Of a stretch of 58,780 nt of DNA, positions 10,631-19,929 are shown in pieces. The notes beneath the pieces are model-generated. The model worked only from the letters and a program-made list of their open reading frames with translations. It ran no database searches and had not been told where the DNA came from. A program made the position numbers and the translations under genes. Source of the DNA: Kiritimatiellia bacterium (lineage in GTDB: Bacteria > Verrucomicrobiota > Kiritimatiellia > SLAD01); NCBI GenBank assembly GCA_007125875.1, contig SLCI01000094.1, positions 1-58,780 of the forward strand, written 5' to 3'. Each line of letters begins with the position of its first letter. Positions within the stretch are counted from its first letter, which is position 1.

Positions 10631-10799
10631 TATAAGGAAAGTTGGTTAATACTCAGCATGTAAGAAATGTGCCGTGGGTCGATTAGGATCGCAAATCGTT
10701 GGTGGATTTGCATCATGCTCGGCTAGGTATTGCAATTAGGATGCCAGTTTTGCTCGCCGACTGCGACGCCAGTGAGTGAGAAACTGAGAAAGCGATATT

Positions 10800-11087
10800 A
10801 TGAATATTGAAATCTATTACGCTCAAATTTGCGGTCTGTGCCACAAGGCGATGGAGTACTTTCATTCGCGAGGCCTGCAGTTTTCTGCGTATGAAGTGAT
10901 TTGGGACGATGAAAAGCAGGAATGGGTAGACAGCCCGAATGTGCGTGAAATGAAGCAGCGGGCGGGCAACGTCGACTTCGTTCCACAGATCTTCATTAAT
11001 CAGGATATTCACATTGCTGGGTGGCGGAAGTTGGAACCGATGATTGAGTCGGGAGAGTTCGATCGTTTGATCAGTCGCCTAGAATAG
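10800..11087 (+). CDS. Glutaredoxin-like protein
   Basis: The ORF is 95 aa, with the N-terminal beta-strand and CxxC motif IEIYYAQICGLCHKA and a later VPQIFI motif, typical of the Grx fold. Confidence 0.75.
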   Translation: MNIEIYYAQICGLCHKAMEYFHSRGLQFSAYEVIWDDEKQEWVDSPNVREMKQRAGNVDFVPQIFINQDIHIAGWRKLEPMIESGEFDRLISRLE

Positions 11088-11125
11088 TTTAATGTAAGGC
11101 CGTGACCAAAAACGAAGGAAAAAAT

Positions 11126-11557
11126 ATGGCCGATACACTGAAAGACGCGGAACAGGCGCTCGTTGATGATTTTGCGATGTTAGAAGATTGGAACGATCGC
11201 TATGAGTACATCATCACGCTGGGGCGCGAGATGCCTGCTTACCCAGATGAATTGCGGACGGAAGACCGCGAAGTACACGGTTGCCAGTCTCAGGTTTGGC
11301 TGGATGCGCAAGAGAACGAAGGGGAAATTTGGTTCCAAGCCGATAGCAATGCCCTGATTACAAAAGGATTGGTCGCACTGCTCGTCCGGCTTTACAACGG
11401 GCGGAGTCCGGAAGAAATTCAGTCCGGCTCACTTGACTTCCTGCGCGGTATCGGCTTGGCCTCTCATTTAACGCCCAGTCGCGTAAACGGCCTACACGCA
11501 ATGTTTAAACGTATACAATTACATGCGGCCTCATTTTCTGCTCAAAATCATGTCTAA
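11126..11557 (+). CDS. sufE: SufE-like cysteine desulfuration (sulfur acceptor) protein
   Basis: The motif NDRYEYIITLGREMP...EVHGCQSQVWL is the SufE/CsdE signature with the acceptor Cys. I prefer ATG 11126 with GAAGGA 6 nt upstream. The ORF-track GTG start at 11102 remains possible. Confidence 0.85.
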   Translation: MADTLKDAEQALVDDFAMLEDWNDRYEYIITLGREMPAYPDELRTEDREVHGCQSQVWLDAQENEGEIWFQADSNALITKGLVALLVRLYNGRSPEEIQSGSLDFLRGIGLASHLTPSRVNGLHAMFKRIQLHAASFSAQNHV

Positions 11558-11579
11558 CCGTAAATAAGGAGCTACAAAG

Positions 11580-12353
11580 ATGAATGAAAGCATAAGCAAA
11601 CCCGGATTGAATCGCCGTGACTTCTTGCGAGCCAGCAGTTTGCTTGCTGCCGGCGGTTTGTTTGGGTGGACGAAACCTGCGACAGGTCACAATCATGGCG
11701 CTGCATCCTCTGCGCGCTCGTTTTCTCTAACATTAGCGGATTTGCCGTATGCCTTTGATGCGCTCGAGCCATCGATTGATGCCCGCACGATGGAGATACA
11801 TCACGGTCGCCATCATGCCGCTTACACCAATAATACCGTGGCCGCTGTAAACGAGCACCCCGAACTGTTAGGCCACACGCTTGAGCAGTTAATCAAGGAC
11901 ATTCCTGCTTTGCCACGAGCAATCCAGACAACCATCCGAAACAACGGCGGTGGTCATTGGAATCATGATTTGTTCTGGGAGATTATGAGCCCCAACGGCG
12001 GTGGAGAGCCTTCAGGGAAGCTTGCTGAAGCGATTGCAGCGGAGTGGGGGGACTTTGATGCGTTCAAGGCCGCTTTCAAGCAGGCGGGTATGACACGTTT
12101 TGGGTCAGGCTGGGCTTGGTTGATCTCGGACAGTGCCGGTCGCCTCAAGATCACCTCCACGGCGAATCAGGATAATCCGCTAATGCGGCATATTGTGGAT
12201 GAGCTAGGCACGCCCATTCTTGGGCTGGATGTGTGGGAGCACGCCTATTATCTGCATTACCAAAACCGTCGCGGCGATTACATCGATGCGTGGTGGGATG
12301 TTGTCCATTGGGATCATGTCGATTCGCTGTATCGACTCGCGATTTACGATTGA
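11580..12353 (+). CDS. Fe/Mn superoxide dismutase with a twin-arginine (Tat) signal peptide
   Basis: A Tat-type motif LNRRDFLRASSLLAAGG precedes the SOD core LPYAFDALEPSIDARTMEIHHGRHH...DVWEHAYYL. AAGGAG lies upstream of the ATG. Confidence 0.92.
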   Translation: MNESISKPGLNRRDFLRASSLLAAGGLFGWTKPATGHNHGAASSARSFSLTLADLPYAFDALEPSIDARTMEIHHGRHHAAYTNNTVAAVNEHPELLGHTLEQLIKDIPALPRAIQTTIRNNGGGHWNHDLFWEIMSPNGGGEPSGKLAEAIAAEWGDFDAFKAAFKQAGMTRFGSGWAWLISDSAGRLKITSTANQDNPLMRHIVDELGTPILGLDVWEHAYYLHYQNRRGDYIDAWWDVVHWDHVDSLYRLAIYD

Positions 12354-12428
12354 TGATTGATGGCTCAGTGCTAGAGTGTGCGCAGTTGCCTTTCGAACTG
12401 TAATCACTTGCACAGGAGCCGTTAGATT

Positions 12429-14621
12429 ATGCCAAAACGTAAGACGCCGATCACTTTCGGCAACGCTCGATTTACCGTTTACACGTCCGGCTGTGTTCGT
12501 TTGGAATATGCCGACAAGGCACAGTTTTCCCCATACCCGTCCGTGTTGGTGGGTACCGCCACTGCCAGCTCTGTGCGTGCAGAGGTGGAGATCAAAGGTA
12601 AATCACTGACGCTCAAGACCGATCGCTTGTCGCTCCATTATACAGACAACGGCGAGAACTTCTCCCCACAGAATCTGCGCATCGAGCACAAAAATCATGT
12701 CGGCGATAATCAACGCTGGGTCCCAGGCAAACCAGATCAAGGTAATCTAGGCACCGTTAAACGGTCGTTAGACTTCTGGAAGTGGTGTGGCGGACCTGAG
12801 GCCCAACCTGTGGAGGGATTGCTGAGTCGGGATGGCGGTCATTTGATCCCCGACGAGCCGCGTGTGTATTGGAACACGGATACGGAATGGATTGAGCACC
12901 GTTCACGACAAGTCTGGTTTGACGGCTATTTCTTTGCGTATGGCAACGATTTTAAGCAGGCACTGAAAGATTTCGTGCATGTCTTCGGCCCGATCCCGAT
13001 GGTGCCGCGCTGGACCTTTGGTTTTTGGTACTCTCGCTGGTATGCCTATAGCGACAAAGAATTCGTCCAGTTGGCTCAGCGCTATCGGAAAGAAAAAATT
13101 CCGATCGATGTCATGATCATTGATACTGACTGGCGTGATGGCTGGAGTGGATACGATTGGAGTAAGAAATATTTTCCGAAACCGGAAAAGGCGCTCAAGG
13201 CTTTGCATGACATAGGGCTGCGCACATCACTGAATGATCATCCCGGCTATGACAGCTATGAGCCATTACCGCCCAATGATAGTCACATCCCGGGTATTGA
13301 GAAGGCGCTCGGTCCCTGTCCGCATAATGGCGAATGGGCCTGCGACTGGTCGAATAAGAAGGCACTGACGTATTGGCGTGATCATGTGCTCGGACCGTTT
13401 TTTGATCAGGGCATGGATTTCTGGTGGGTCGACGGCTGGATTAAGTCGCCGGCTCATAATTTAAACAGTCAGTTATGGGCGAATCGTCACTATTACGAAC
13501 TGGCCGTCGAGAAGACGAAAAAGCGCGGCATGATCCTTTCTCGCTGGGGCGGCATTGGCTCACATCGCTATCCAGTTCAGTTTTCTGGTGATACGCACTC
13601 GAATTGGGAAACCTTGAAAGATCAGATCGAATTCACCGCGCGGTCCGGCAATCTGGGTGCGGCCTACTGGTCGCATGATATTGGCGGTTTCCATGAGAAA
13701 AAGGTCGACGAGGAAATTTTTATTCGCTGGTTCCAGTTCGGTTCGCTCAGTCCGGTATTCCGCACGCATAGCGCCTTCGGTATTCGTGAACCTTGGCATT
13801 TTAGTGCCTCATGCAAACGACTGTTCCGTAAGCAAACACACCTGCGCTATGCGCTCGCGCCCTACTACTATGGTTTGGCCCGAGAAGCGCACGAGAGCGG
13901 CATGCCGCTATGTCGACCATTGTACTTGGAGTACAACGACAACGATGGTGGCGCGTTCAATCGCAAACACCAATACACACTCGGTCGCGACTTGCTGATT
14001 ATTCCTGCTGATGCGCCGATTGATAAGACGACGGGGAGCCAGCGCAAGCGCGCGTATTTCCCCAACGGACGCTGGCTTGGCCTTGAAACGGATGAAGCCT
14101 ATCTCGGCCTCCATGACGGGTTCATCGATATTCCGTTGGAGCGCATACCGGTCTACGTGCGTGAAGGCGCAATCATTCCGACGCAACCTGTTGGGGATGC
14201 CTTGGGCGTTGCCACACCAGAGGAAATTCATTTCGACTGCTTCCCCGCCGAGCAAGTGAAGTCCGAGTACGACCTGTACGAGGATGACGGCGAAACGCTG
14301 GCTTGCGAAGAGGGCGCGTCTGCCATCACGAAGATTCAGGTGAGCCGCACAGCCGATACGATTCGGTGCAAAATCGCAGAACCTGTCGGGCGCTATCGGA
14401 GTATGCCCAAGAATCGTCGCTATGTGGTACGTTGCCGCCTCGAGACGGCAGAAAAACCCGCGGCGATATCGGTACAGGTGGGTAAGCAAGCTGCTCAGAC
14501 CGTGAAGGCTAAAGTGACATCATCCTGCTTTGCAGGCACCGTAAAAGGGGCGTGGAAATTCGTGGAAGTCCCGATTGAAACGCGTAACAAGGCAGTCGAT
14601 ATTTCAATTCAGCTAAAGTAA
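12429..14621 (+). CDS. Glycoside hydrolase family 31 (alpha-glucosidase/alpha-xylosidase-like)
   Basis: The ORF is 730 aa. GH31-like segments include FGFWYSRWYAYSDKEF...IPIDVMIIDTDW, FWWVDGW and RWFQFGSLSPVFRTHS. No signal peptide is evident. Confidence 0.8.
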   Translation: MPKRKTPITFGNARFTVYTSGCVRLEYADKAQFSPYPSVLVGTATASSVRAEVEIKGKSLTLKTDRLSLHYTDNGENFSPQNLRIEHKNHVGDNQRWVPGKPDQGNLGTVKRSLDFWKWCGGPEAQPVEGLLSRDGGHLIPDEPRVYWNTDTEWIEHRSRQVWFDGYFFAYGNDFKQALKDFVHVFGPIPMVPRWTFGFWYSRWYAYSDKEFVQLAQRYRKEKIPIDVMIIDTDWRDGWSGYDWSKKYFPKPEKALKALHDIGLRTSLNDHPGYDSYEPLPPNDSHIPGIEKALGPCPHNGEWACDWSNKKALTYWRDHVLGPFFDQGMDFWWVDGWIKSPAHNLNSQLWANRHYYELAVEKTKKRGMILSRWGGIGSHRYPVQFSGDTHSNWETLKDQIEFTARSGNLGAAYWSHDIGGFHEKKVDEEIFIRWFQFGSLSPVFRTHSAFGIREPWHFSASCKRLFRKQTHLRYALAPYYYGLAREAHESGMPLCRPLYLEYNDNDGGAFNRKHQYTLGRDLLIIPADAPIDKTTGSQRKRAYFPNGRWLGLETDEAYLGLHDGFIDIPLERIPVYVREGAIIPTQPVGDALGVATPEEIHFDCFPAEQVKSEYDLYEDDGETLACEEGASAITKIQVSRTADTIRCKIAEPVGRYRSMPKNRRYVVRCRLETAEKPAAISVQVGKQAAQTVKAKVTSSCFAGTVKGAWKFVEVPIETRNKAVDISIQLK

Positions 14622-14630
14622 GGAGACGTC

Positions 14631-16592
14631 ATGGCGATTTCAATCCGCTCGATTTATGCAGGACTACTACTCTGTTGGTCTGGCTTGGCATTGGCCGACA
14701 TTCCGTTGCATCACGTAACGATGTATACGAGCGGCGTTAGTTACTTCGAGCATTCTGATGAGATCGGTGGACCGGTTACTGTGGAGCTGCGGTTTAGGGA
14801 AGAGCAGATTCCGGATGTCCTAAAGTCGCTGGTTGTATTGGATGCGGCAGGTGGTTCGGTTCTCGTCACCTACGATGCGCAAGATCCCTTAACACGCACA
14901 TTGCGTGGATTTGCGATCGACTTGAGCGATCACCCGGATCTCGAGACCATGCTGTCAAGATTGCGTGGCGCGAATGTCGAAGTCAAAACCTCGTCAGCGG
15001 ATTATGCTGGCCAAGTGATCGGTACAGAAATCCGTTATCGGAAGGATGGCGATCAGAACGTGCCGCAGCCCCGCCTGAACTTGCACACCGCAGAAGGCAT
15101 TCGCTCCTTCCCACTCGAATCAATTCAGTCCTTCCGCATCCAGCAGGAGAAACTCGCCGCTGAATTTGAAGCTGCACTGGAAGTGTTGGCGAGCGGACTA
15201 GACACAAATCAGAAGTCGTTGCGGATTCATTTCGAAGGCGATGGCGATCGCGGTATCCAGCTGGGTTATCTCTTGGAGTCCCCCCTATGGAAAACGAGCT
15301 ATCGTTTGGTGATCGAGGATGACGCATTGTTCCTGCAAGGCTGGGGACACATAGATAATGTGACCGATCATGATTGGAAAGACGTGCGAGTGAGTTTGAT
15401 CGCGGGTAGTCCGATCTCTTTCCAGCAAGATCTCCACTCACCGATTTATGTCGAACGTCCGGTTGTCGAGTATGATCACGGCACTGTCACGCGTCCTCCT
15501 GTCTTGCAGCGACAGCTTGAGTCACCTCGGGCGGAGCCCCGGATAGCGCGATCGCGGGCTGCGTCCCCGATGATGGCGATGGAAATGGATGTTGGTCAAA
15601 TGCGTGAACAAGCTGTGCAAGCAACGGGCCAGGAGGCGGGCGAATTGTTCCGCTACGACATTGACCAGCCGGTGCATATCCCTCGCCAGTCCGCAGCCAT
15701 GTTGCCGATCGTGCAGGCGGAGGTGGAGGGCCGTGCCTTGTCGGTTTTCAATCGAAATACGCATGCGAAGCATCCGCTGAATGCGGTGGAGTTTGAAAAC
15801 ACCTCTGAGGCGGCGCTGATGCAGGGGCCGGTGACAGTGTTCGAGGCTGGTGTATTTGCCGGTGATGCTCGACTACCGCATACGGGGCTTGGGGAAACAC
15901 GGTTGTTGGGATTTGCGGTGGATCTTGCGACTGATGTTGATGTGCAGTCGCGCAGCCTGCCGGAAACCATTACGCGGATACGTATTGTGCAGGGCGTGTT
16001 GCGGGCGGAGCGCTCACAGCGGAACGCCACCACCTATGTCGTGAACAGTACGCGTGACACCGAACGGGAGCTGGTGATCGAGCACCCGTATCGATCGGGC
16101 TGGGAATTGAAGGAGCCGAGCGGGGAAATCGATCGCACTGCCGACCATTATCGCCTGCGCCTTGCGCTCGCGCCGAGCGAGCGTACGGAGCTGCGCGTGG
16201 TTGAAGAACGGATGCTGGAGCAAACCTTTCGCCTGATGGATATGGACGATAGCCGAATCGATTTCTACCTGCGTCAGCGGGTGATCAGTCCGGCCATGGA
16301 GCAGCTTCTAACAGAATTGGGTGAGCGACGACAGGCGATTGGGCAGGTGCGGCGACAGCGCGAAGCTGCGGAAGCCGAGCGAGAGGAAGAGCAGACAGCA
16401 CTTGAGCAATTGAGAAAGAACATGGAAGTGGTCGATCGCACTTCAGAGACCTATGCGCGATGGGAGCGGGAACTCAGCCAACGCAGCGATCAGTATGGTA
16501 GTTTAATCGAGCGAATTCGTAGCCTGCGGGCGGAGGAAGCTGGACTACAGGATGCGCTTGCAGCATGGTTAACGAGCGCCAACGTGGAGTAG
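14631..16592 (+). CDS. Secreted protein resembling the DUF4140/DUF4139 family, with a C-terminal coiled coil
   Basis: An N-terminal signal peptide is followed by VTMYTSGVSYFEH and SPLWKTSYRLV segments, which recall DUF4139 proteins. The last ~100 aa are rich in E/R/Q heptad-like sequence. The start has a GGAG RBS and lies 9 nt after the GH31 stop. Confidence 0.5.
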   Translation: MAISIRSIYAGLLLCWSGLALADIPLHHVTMYTSGVSYFEHSDEIGGPVTVELRFREEQIPDVLKSLVVLDAAGGSVLVTYDAQDPLTRTLRGFAIDLSDHPDLETMLSRLRGANVEVKTSSADYAGQVIGTEIRYRKDGDQNVPQPRLNLHTAEGIRSFPLESIQSFRIQQEKLAAEFEAALEVLASGLDTNQKSLRIHFEGDGDRGIQLGYLLESPLWKTSYRLVIEDDALFLQGWGHIDNVTDHDWKDVRVSLIAGSPISFQQDLHSPIYVERPVVEYDHGTVTRPPVLQRQLESPRAEPRIARSRAASPMMAMEMDVGQMREQAVQATGQEAGELFRYDIDQPVHIPRQSAAMLPIVQAEVEGRALSVFNRNTHAKHPLNAVEFENTSEAALMQGPVTVFEAGVFAGDARLPHTGLGETRLLGFAVDLATDVDVQSRSLPETITRIRIVQGVLRAERSQRNATTYVVNSTRDTERELVIEHPYRSGWELKEPSGEIDRTADHYRLRLALAPSERTELRVVEERMLEQTFRLMDMDDSRIDFYLRQRVISPAMEQLLTELGERRQAIGQVRRQREAAEAEREEEQTALEQLRKNMEVVDRTSETYARWERELSQRSDQYGSLIERIRSLRAEEAGLQDALAAWLTSANVE

Positions 16593-16623
16593 CGATCCAC
16601 GATCCATTTGGAGGACTTGAAAG

Positions 16624-17010
16624 ATGGGCAAAGCAAGTAAACGAAAAGGTAGAGAAAAGAGCGATAACGTGACGCACGCGGGCAAAGCCGCTGTGCAAGC
16701 AATGCCTTGGTGGATGAGGCCGACGATCGGTAATCTGTTGATTATTGGTGCCGCCATCGCATTACAGTTCACGATTATTCTGTTGCCGTTGGTCGGGCCG
16801 GCTGGTGCAATCGCGCCGCATGCGCTGATTAATATGCTGGCTTGGCATGCCGTACTCTTCCTGGCGATGGGGCTGAGTGGATTATCTCTCTGGTCGAAAC
16901 TGAAGCGCCGGTCGCAGGATCAAAGTCCGTTTCCTGTTCTTTCCGCGGCGTTATTGGGAATTACGGTGTTTTTCCTGTTGATGCACTGGATGGGACTGTT
17001 GCGGATATAG
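16624..17010 (+). CDS. Small integral membrane protein (basic N-terminus, 3-4 TM), unknown function
   Basis: The ORF is 128 aa with a GGAGGA RBS. Hydrophobic segments follow MGKASKRKGREK. Confidence 0.6.
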   Translation: MGKASKRKGREKSDNVTHAGKAAVQAMPWWMRPTIGNLLIIGAAIALQFTIILLPLVGPAGAIAPHALINMLAWHAVLFLAMGLSGLSLWSKLKRRSQDQSPFPVLSAALLGITVFFLLMHWMGLLRI

Positions 17011-17014
17011 CAAG

Positions 17015-17710
17015 ATGACTGAATCCGAGCATAACGAAGCTCTCGAAACGCCGCCCGCCGAGTCCGCTTGGCCTGTTTTGACTGCTATACAGGCACGCGT
17101 TCTGGGGTGTTTGATCGAAAAAGCGATCACGACGCCTGATCAGTATCCATTGACGCTGAATGCCTTGGTCAATGCGTGTAACCAGAAGTCGAATCGCGAT
17201 CCCGTCATGAGTCTTAGCGAATCTGACGTCGTAGTCGGACTGGATGGGCTACGCCATGACCATCGTCTTGCGGCCTTGGTTCATACCTCGGGCAGTCGCG
17301 TCGAGAAATATCGACACTCGATCTCGGATGTAATTCATCTCAATCATGAGCAGGCGGCTATTCTTTGTGAGCTGCTTTTGCGTGGTCCCGAGACCGTGGG
17401 TGAATTGCGGACCCGGGCCAACCGCATGCATGAACTGCGCGATTTGAATCATGTCCAGCAACTCTTGGATGAACTGGCGACGCATCCGGGCGGCCGCTTA
17501 GTCGTCAAATTACCCCGGGAGCCGGGCCGGCGCGAGTCGCGCTGGATGCACCTTTTGTCCGGGCCATTCGACGTCGAGCCCGTCGCGGCCGCTGCACCTG
17601 AGACGCCCAGTGAACATGCCTCGCAGCTTCAAGAGGAAATGGCTCAGCTACGTGCCGAATTGGAGGCACTCAAATCTGAGTTCGCCCAGTTCAAGCAACA
17701 ATTCGATTAA
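17015..17710 (+). CDS. YceH/DUF480 (UPF0502) family protein
   Basis: LTAIQARVLGCLIEKAITTPDQYPLTLNALVNACNQKSNRDPV is the hallmark N-terminus of YceH-like winged-helix proteins. The tail is a C-terminal coiled coil. Confidence 0.85.
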   Translation: MTESEHNEALETPPAESAWPVLTAIQARVLGCLIEKAITTPDQYPLTLNALVNACNQKSNRDPVMSLSESDVVVGLDGLRHDHRLAALVHTSGSRVEKYRHSISDVIHLNHEQAAILCELLLRGPETVGELRTRANRMHELRDLNHVQQLLDELATHPGGRLVVKLPREPGRRESRWMHLLSGPFDVEPVAAAAPETPSEHASQLQEEMAQLRAELEALKSEFAQFKQQFD

Positions 17711-17722
17711 ATCGCGCGCATC

Positions 17723-18118
17723 ATGGCTACGAAGACCGGTTGGAATCGATTGTGGCACAATCTGCAGCGTGTGGCGTTAGAGGAACTGGATCACATTCAC
17801 AAGCAGTTACCGCTGGTGCTGCGGGACAAGGCATTGTCATTGCCGGTAACGCTGGAGCCTAAACCCTCGCTCGACTTGATCCGTGATGGCCTCGAACCCG
17901 AGCTGTTGGGGCTTTATATCGGCGAAACCTTTGCCGAAAGCCTCAGTGGCGGAGATGAATTACCGTCGCAGATCTTCTTGTTCCTAGAAAACATTTGGGA
18001 TTATGTGGGGCATGATACGGCGGACTATCGCGAGGAGGTTCGCATCACTTATCTGCATGAGTTAGGGCACTACCTAGGCTTAGACGAAGACGATTTAGCC
18101 GTCCGCGATCTTGATTGA
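17723..18118 (+). CDS. Small zincin-like metallopeptidase-family protein (COG3824/DUF1025-like)
   Basis: The ORF is 131 aa. An HExxH motif lies in TYLHELGHYLGLDEDDL near the C-terminus. Confidence 0.7.
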   Translation: MATKTGWNRLWHNLQRVALEELDHIHKQLPLVLRDKALSLPVTLEPKPSLDLIRDGLEPELLGLYIGETFAESLSGGDELPSQIFLFLENIWDYVGHDTADYREEVRITYLHELGHYLGLDEDDLAVRDLD

Positions 18119-18213
18119 GGGTACAGTCACACGCTGGCAGGCGAATCTTATGGGTGAGTCTTGTTCATGATGGGAACGCTTAAAGGCATTGACCATGCGC
18201 CTGATCCGGTTGC

Positions 18214-19122
18214 TCAGGGCAATGGGCCTTTTCGCGCGGTCAAGATCCGATACCAGTCTTCCCTGGTATATGGAATCGTGAGAGCTTGCACGGATTGCTG
18301 AATCCGCTCGGGATTGGTAGACCCAATAATCGGTTGAATTCGCGCAGGATGGTGGAGCAGCCAAGCTAGACTGATTTGGGTCGGCTCACAGCCATACTGA
18401 GTAGCTTGTCGCTTTACTTCTCGATCAAGTCTTTCGCGTGCGTCTTCCGAGATATTACTGTGCCATGCAGGATACGCAACACCACCGAGTGGACACCAGC
18501 TTTGCAGAATCATCCCGTGTCGCATCGCCTGCGTCAGCACACCGTCATCCAACGGATTCATGTGGTCTAAATTGAATTCGACCTGATGTGCAGCGAGTGG
18601 AAAAGGTAACGCTGCTTGCAGGAGCTCAATCTGATCAGGCGTAAAGTTGCTCACACCGAATTGACGGACTTTACCCGCATCGGCGAGTGCTTTGAATGCT
18701 GAGGCAATCGTTTTGGGATCCATTAAGTAGTCGGGGCGATGAATGAGTAGGCAATCAAGATAATCGATCCGCAAATTGCGTAGGCTTGATTCGACAGTGT
18801 TTAAGATGTGCGAGCTGCTGGAGTCATAAAGGCCAGGCTGTTCATTCTGAGGCAGCCGAATTCCGCATTTTGAAGTGATGACGACTTCCTTGCGAGGAAT
18901 GTCATGCGTTCGCAAAAATTCACCAAACAGTCTTTCGCATGCTCCACTGGAATAGATGTCTGCGTGATCGAATAAGTGGAAGCCCGCGTCCCACGCGGAT
19001 TCCAGCGCCAGCATGCCATGTCGCTGAGCGTTCTGACTGCCGTCACCGGCAATTCGCATGCATCCGTATATCAAGCGTGATCGTTGCAGTGGCGATTGAG
19101 TCCCAATTTGTTGTACTGGCAT
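18214..19122 (-). CDS. Aldo/keto reductase family oxidoreductase
   Basis: AKR-like segments include FDHADIYS...GE, ITSKCG and GVSNF. I prefer ATG 19122, preceded by GGGAGGA. The ORF-track GTG at 19140 is less likely. Confidence 0.85.
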   Translation of the reverse strand: MPVQQIGTQSPLQRSRLIYGCMRIAGDGSQNAQRHGMLALESAWDAGFHLFDHADIYSSGACERLFGEFLRTHDIPRKEVVITSKCGIRLPQNEQPGLYDSSSSHILNTVESSLRNLRIDYLDCLLIHRPDYLMDPKTIASAFKALADAGKVRQFGVSNFTPDQIELLQAALPFPLAAHQVEFNLDHMNPLDDGVLTQAMRHGMILQSWCPLGGVAYPAWHSNISEDARERLDREVKRQATQYGCEPTQISLAWLLHHPARIQPIIGSTNPERIQQSVQALTIPYTREDWYRILTARKGPLP

Positions 19123-19195
19123 GGTTCCTCCCTTTAGCACTTTCCAAGATTACGTTATCATGACACTACGGACGAAGCGAGATATGAGGTGAAAG

Positions 19196-19912
19196 ATGTG
19201 TGGACGATTTGTACAGAAAGCGAAGAAAGACGAGATTGAAGAGGAATTTGATGTAAAGTTGCCCGAGGAGACAGGACTTCGCCCTCGCTACAATTTAGCG
19301 CCAGGACAAGCCGCATTGGTCATTGTAAACGATAGTAATCGACCTCGCGTTGAATCGTGTATGTGGGGGCTCATTCCGAGCTGGGTAAAGGATCCGATGA
19401 GCGGTAATCGGCCGATCAATGCCCGCGTGGAGACCTTAAGCGAAAAACCCAGCTTCCGTGATGCGCTGCGCTATCGCCGCTGTCTCATTCCCGCCAACGG
19501 GTTCTATGAGTGGATAAAAGATCCAGCATCGAAACAAAAGATTCCGCTCTACTTCACGTGGCCGCAACATCCGCTTTTTGCGTTTGCGGGATTGTGGGAA
19601 TCATGGAACGACCGCGACGGAGGTGCGCTATATACGTTCACGATTATCACGCGACCAGCGAATGAGTCATGTCGATCGTATCATCATCGCATGCCATTGA
19701 TTTTGCGACACGCAGAGTATGCAGACTGGCTCGATAAATCTCGTTACACGGTCGATGCTCTGGAGCCCGTTTTGTCCGCGGGGGATGTAGCGCTTAATGC
19801 GCATCCCGTCACAAACCGCGTGAATCAAGTGGAGAATGATGATGCTTCATGTCTCGAGCCTGTCGACTGGCCAGAACCGCCACCGCCAGACCCTCAGCTC
19901 TCACTGCTGTAA
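19196..19912 (+). CDS. SOS response-associated peptidase (SRAP/YedK family, abasic-site crosslinking)
   Basis: The N-terminus is MCGRF with the catalytic Cys2. YNLAPGQ and GFYEW motifs are also present. Confidence 0.9.
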   Translation: MCGRFVQKAKKDEIEEEFDVKLPEETGLRPRYNLAPGQAALVIVNDSNRPRVESCMWGLIPSWVKDPMSGNRPINARVETLSEKPSFRDALRYRRCLIPANGFYEWIKDPASKQKIPLYFTWPQHPLFAFAGLWESWNDRDGGALYTFTIITRPANESCRSYHHRMPLILRHAEYADWLDKSRYTVDALEPVLSAGDVALNAHPVTNRVNQVENDDASCLEPVDWPEPPPPDPQLSLL

Positions 19913-19929
19913 CACCAGGTAAAAACGTC

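Noticed and set aside
14755-14800. A CTGATGA core suggesting a hammerhead ribozyme.
   Set aside because: It lies inside the DUF4139-like CDS. No properly placed GAAA or stem II/III pairing could be drawn.
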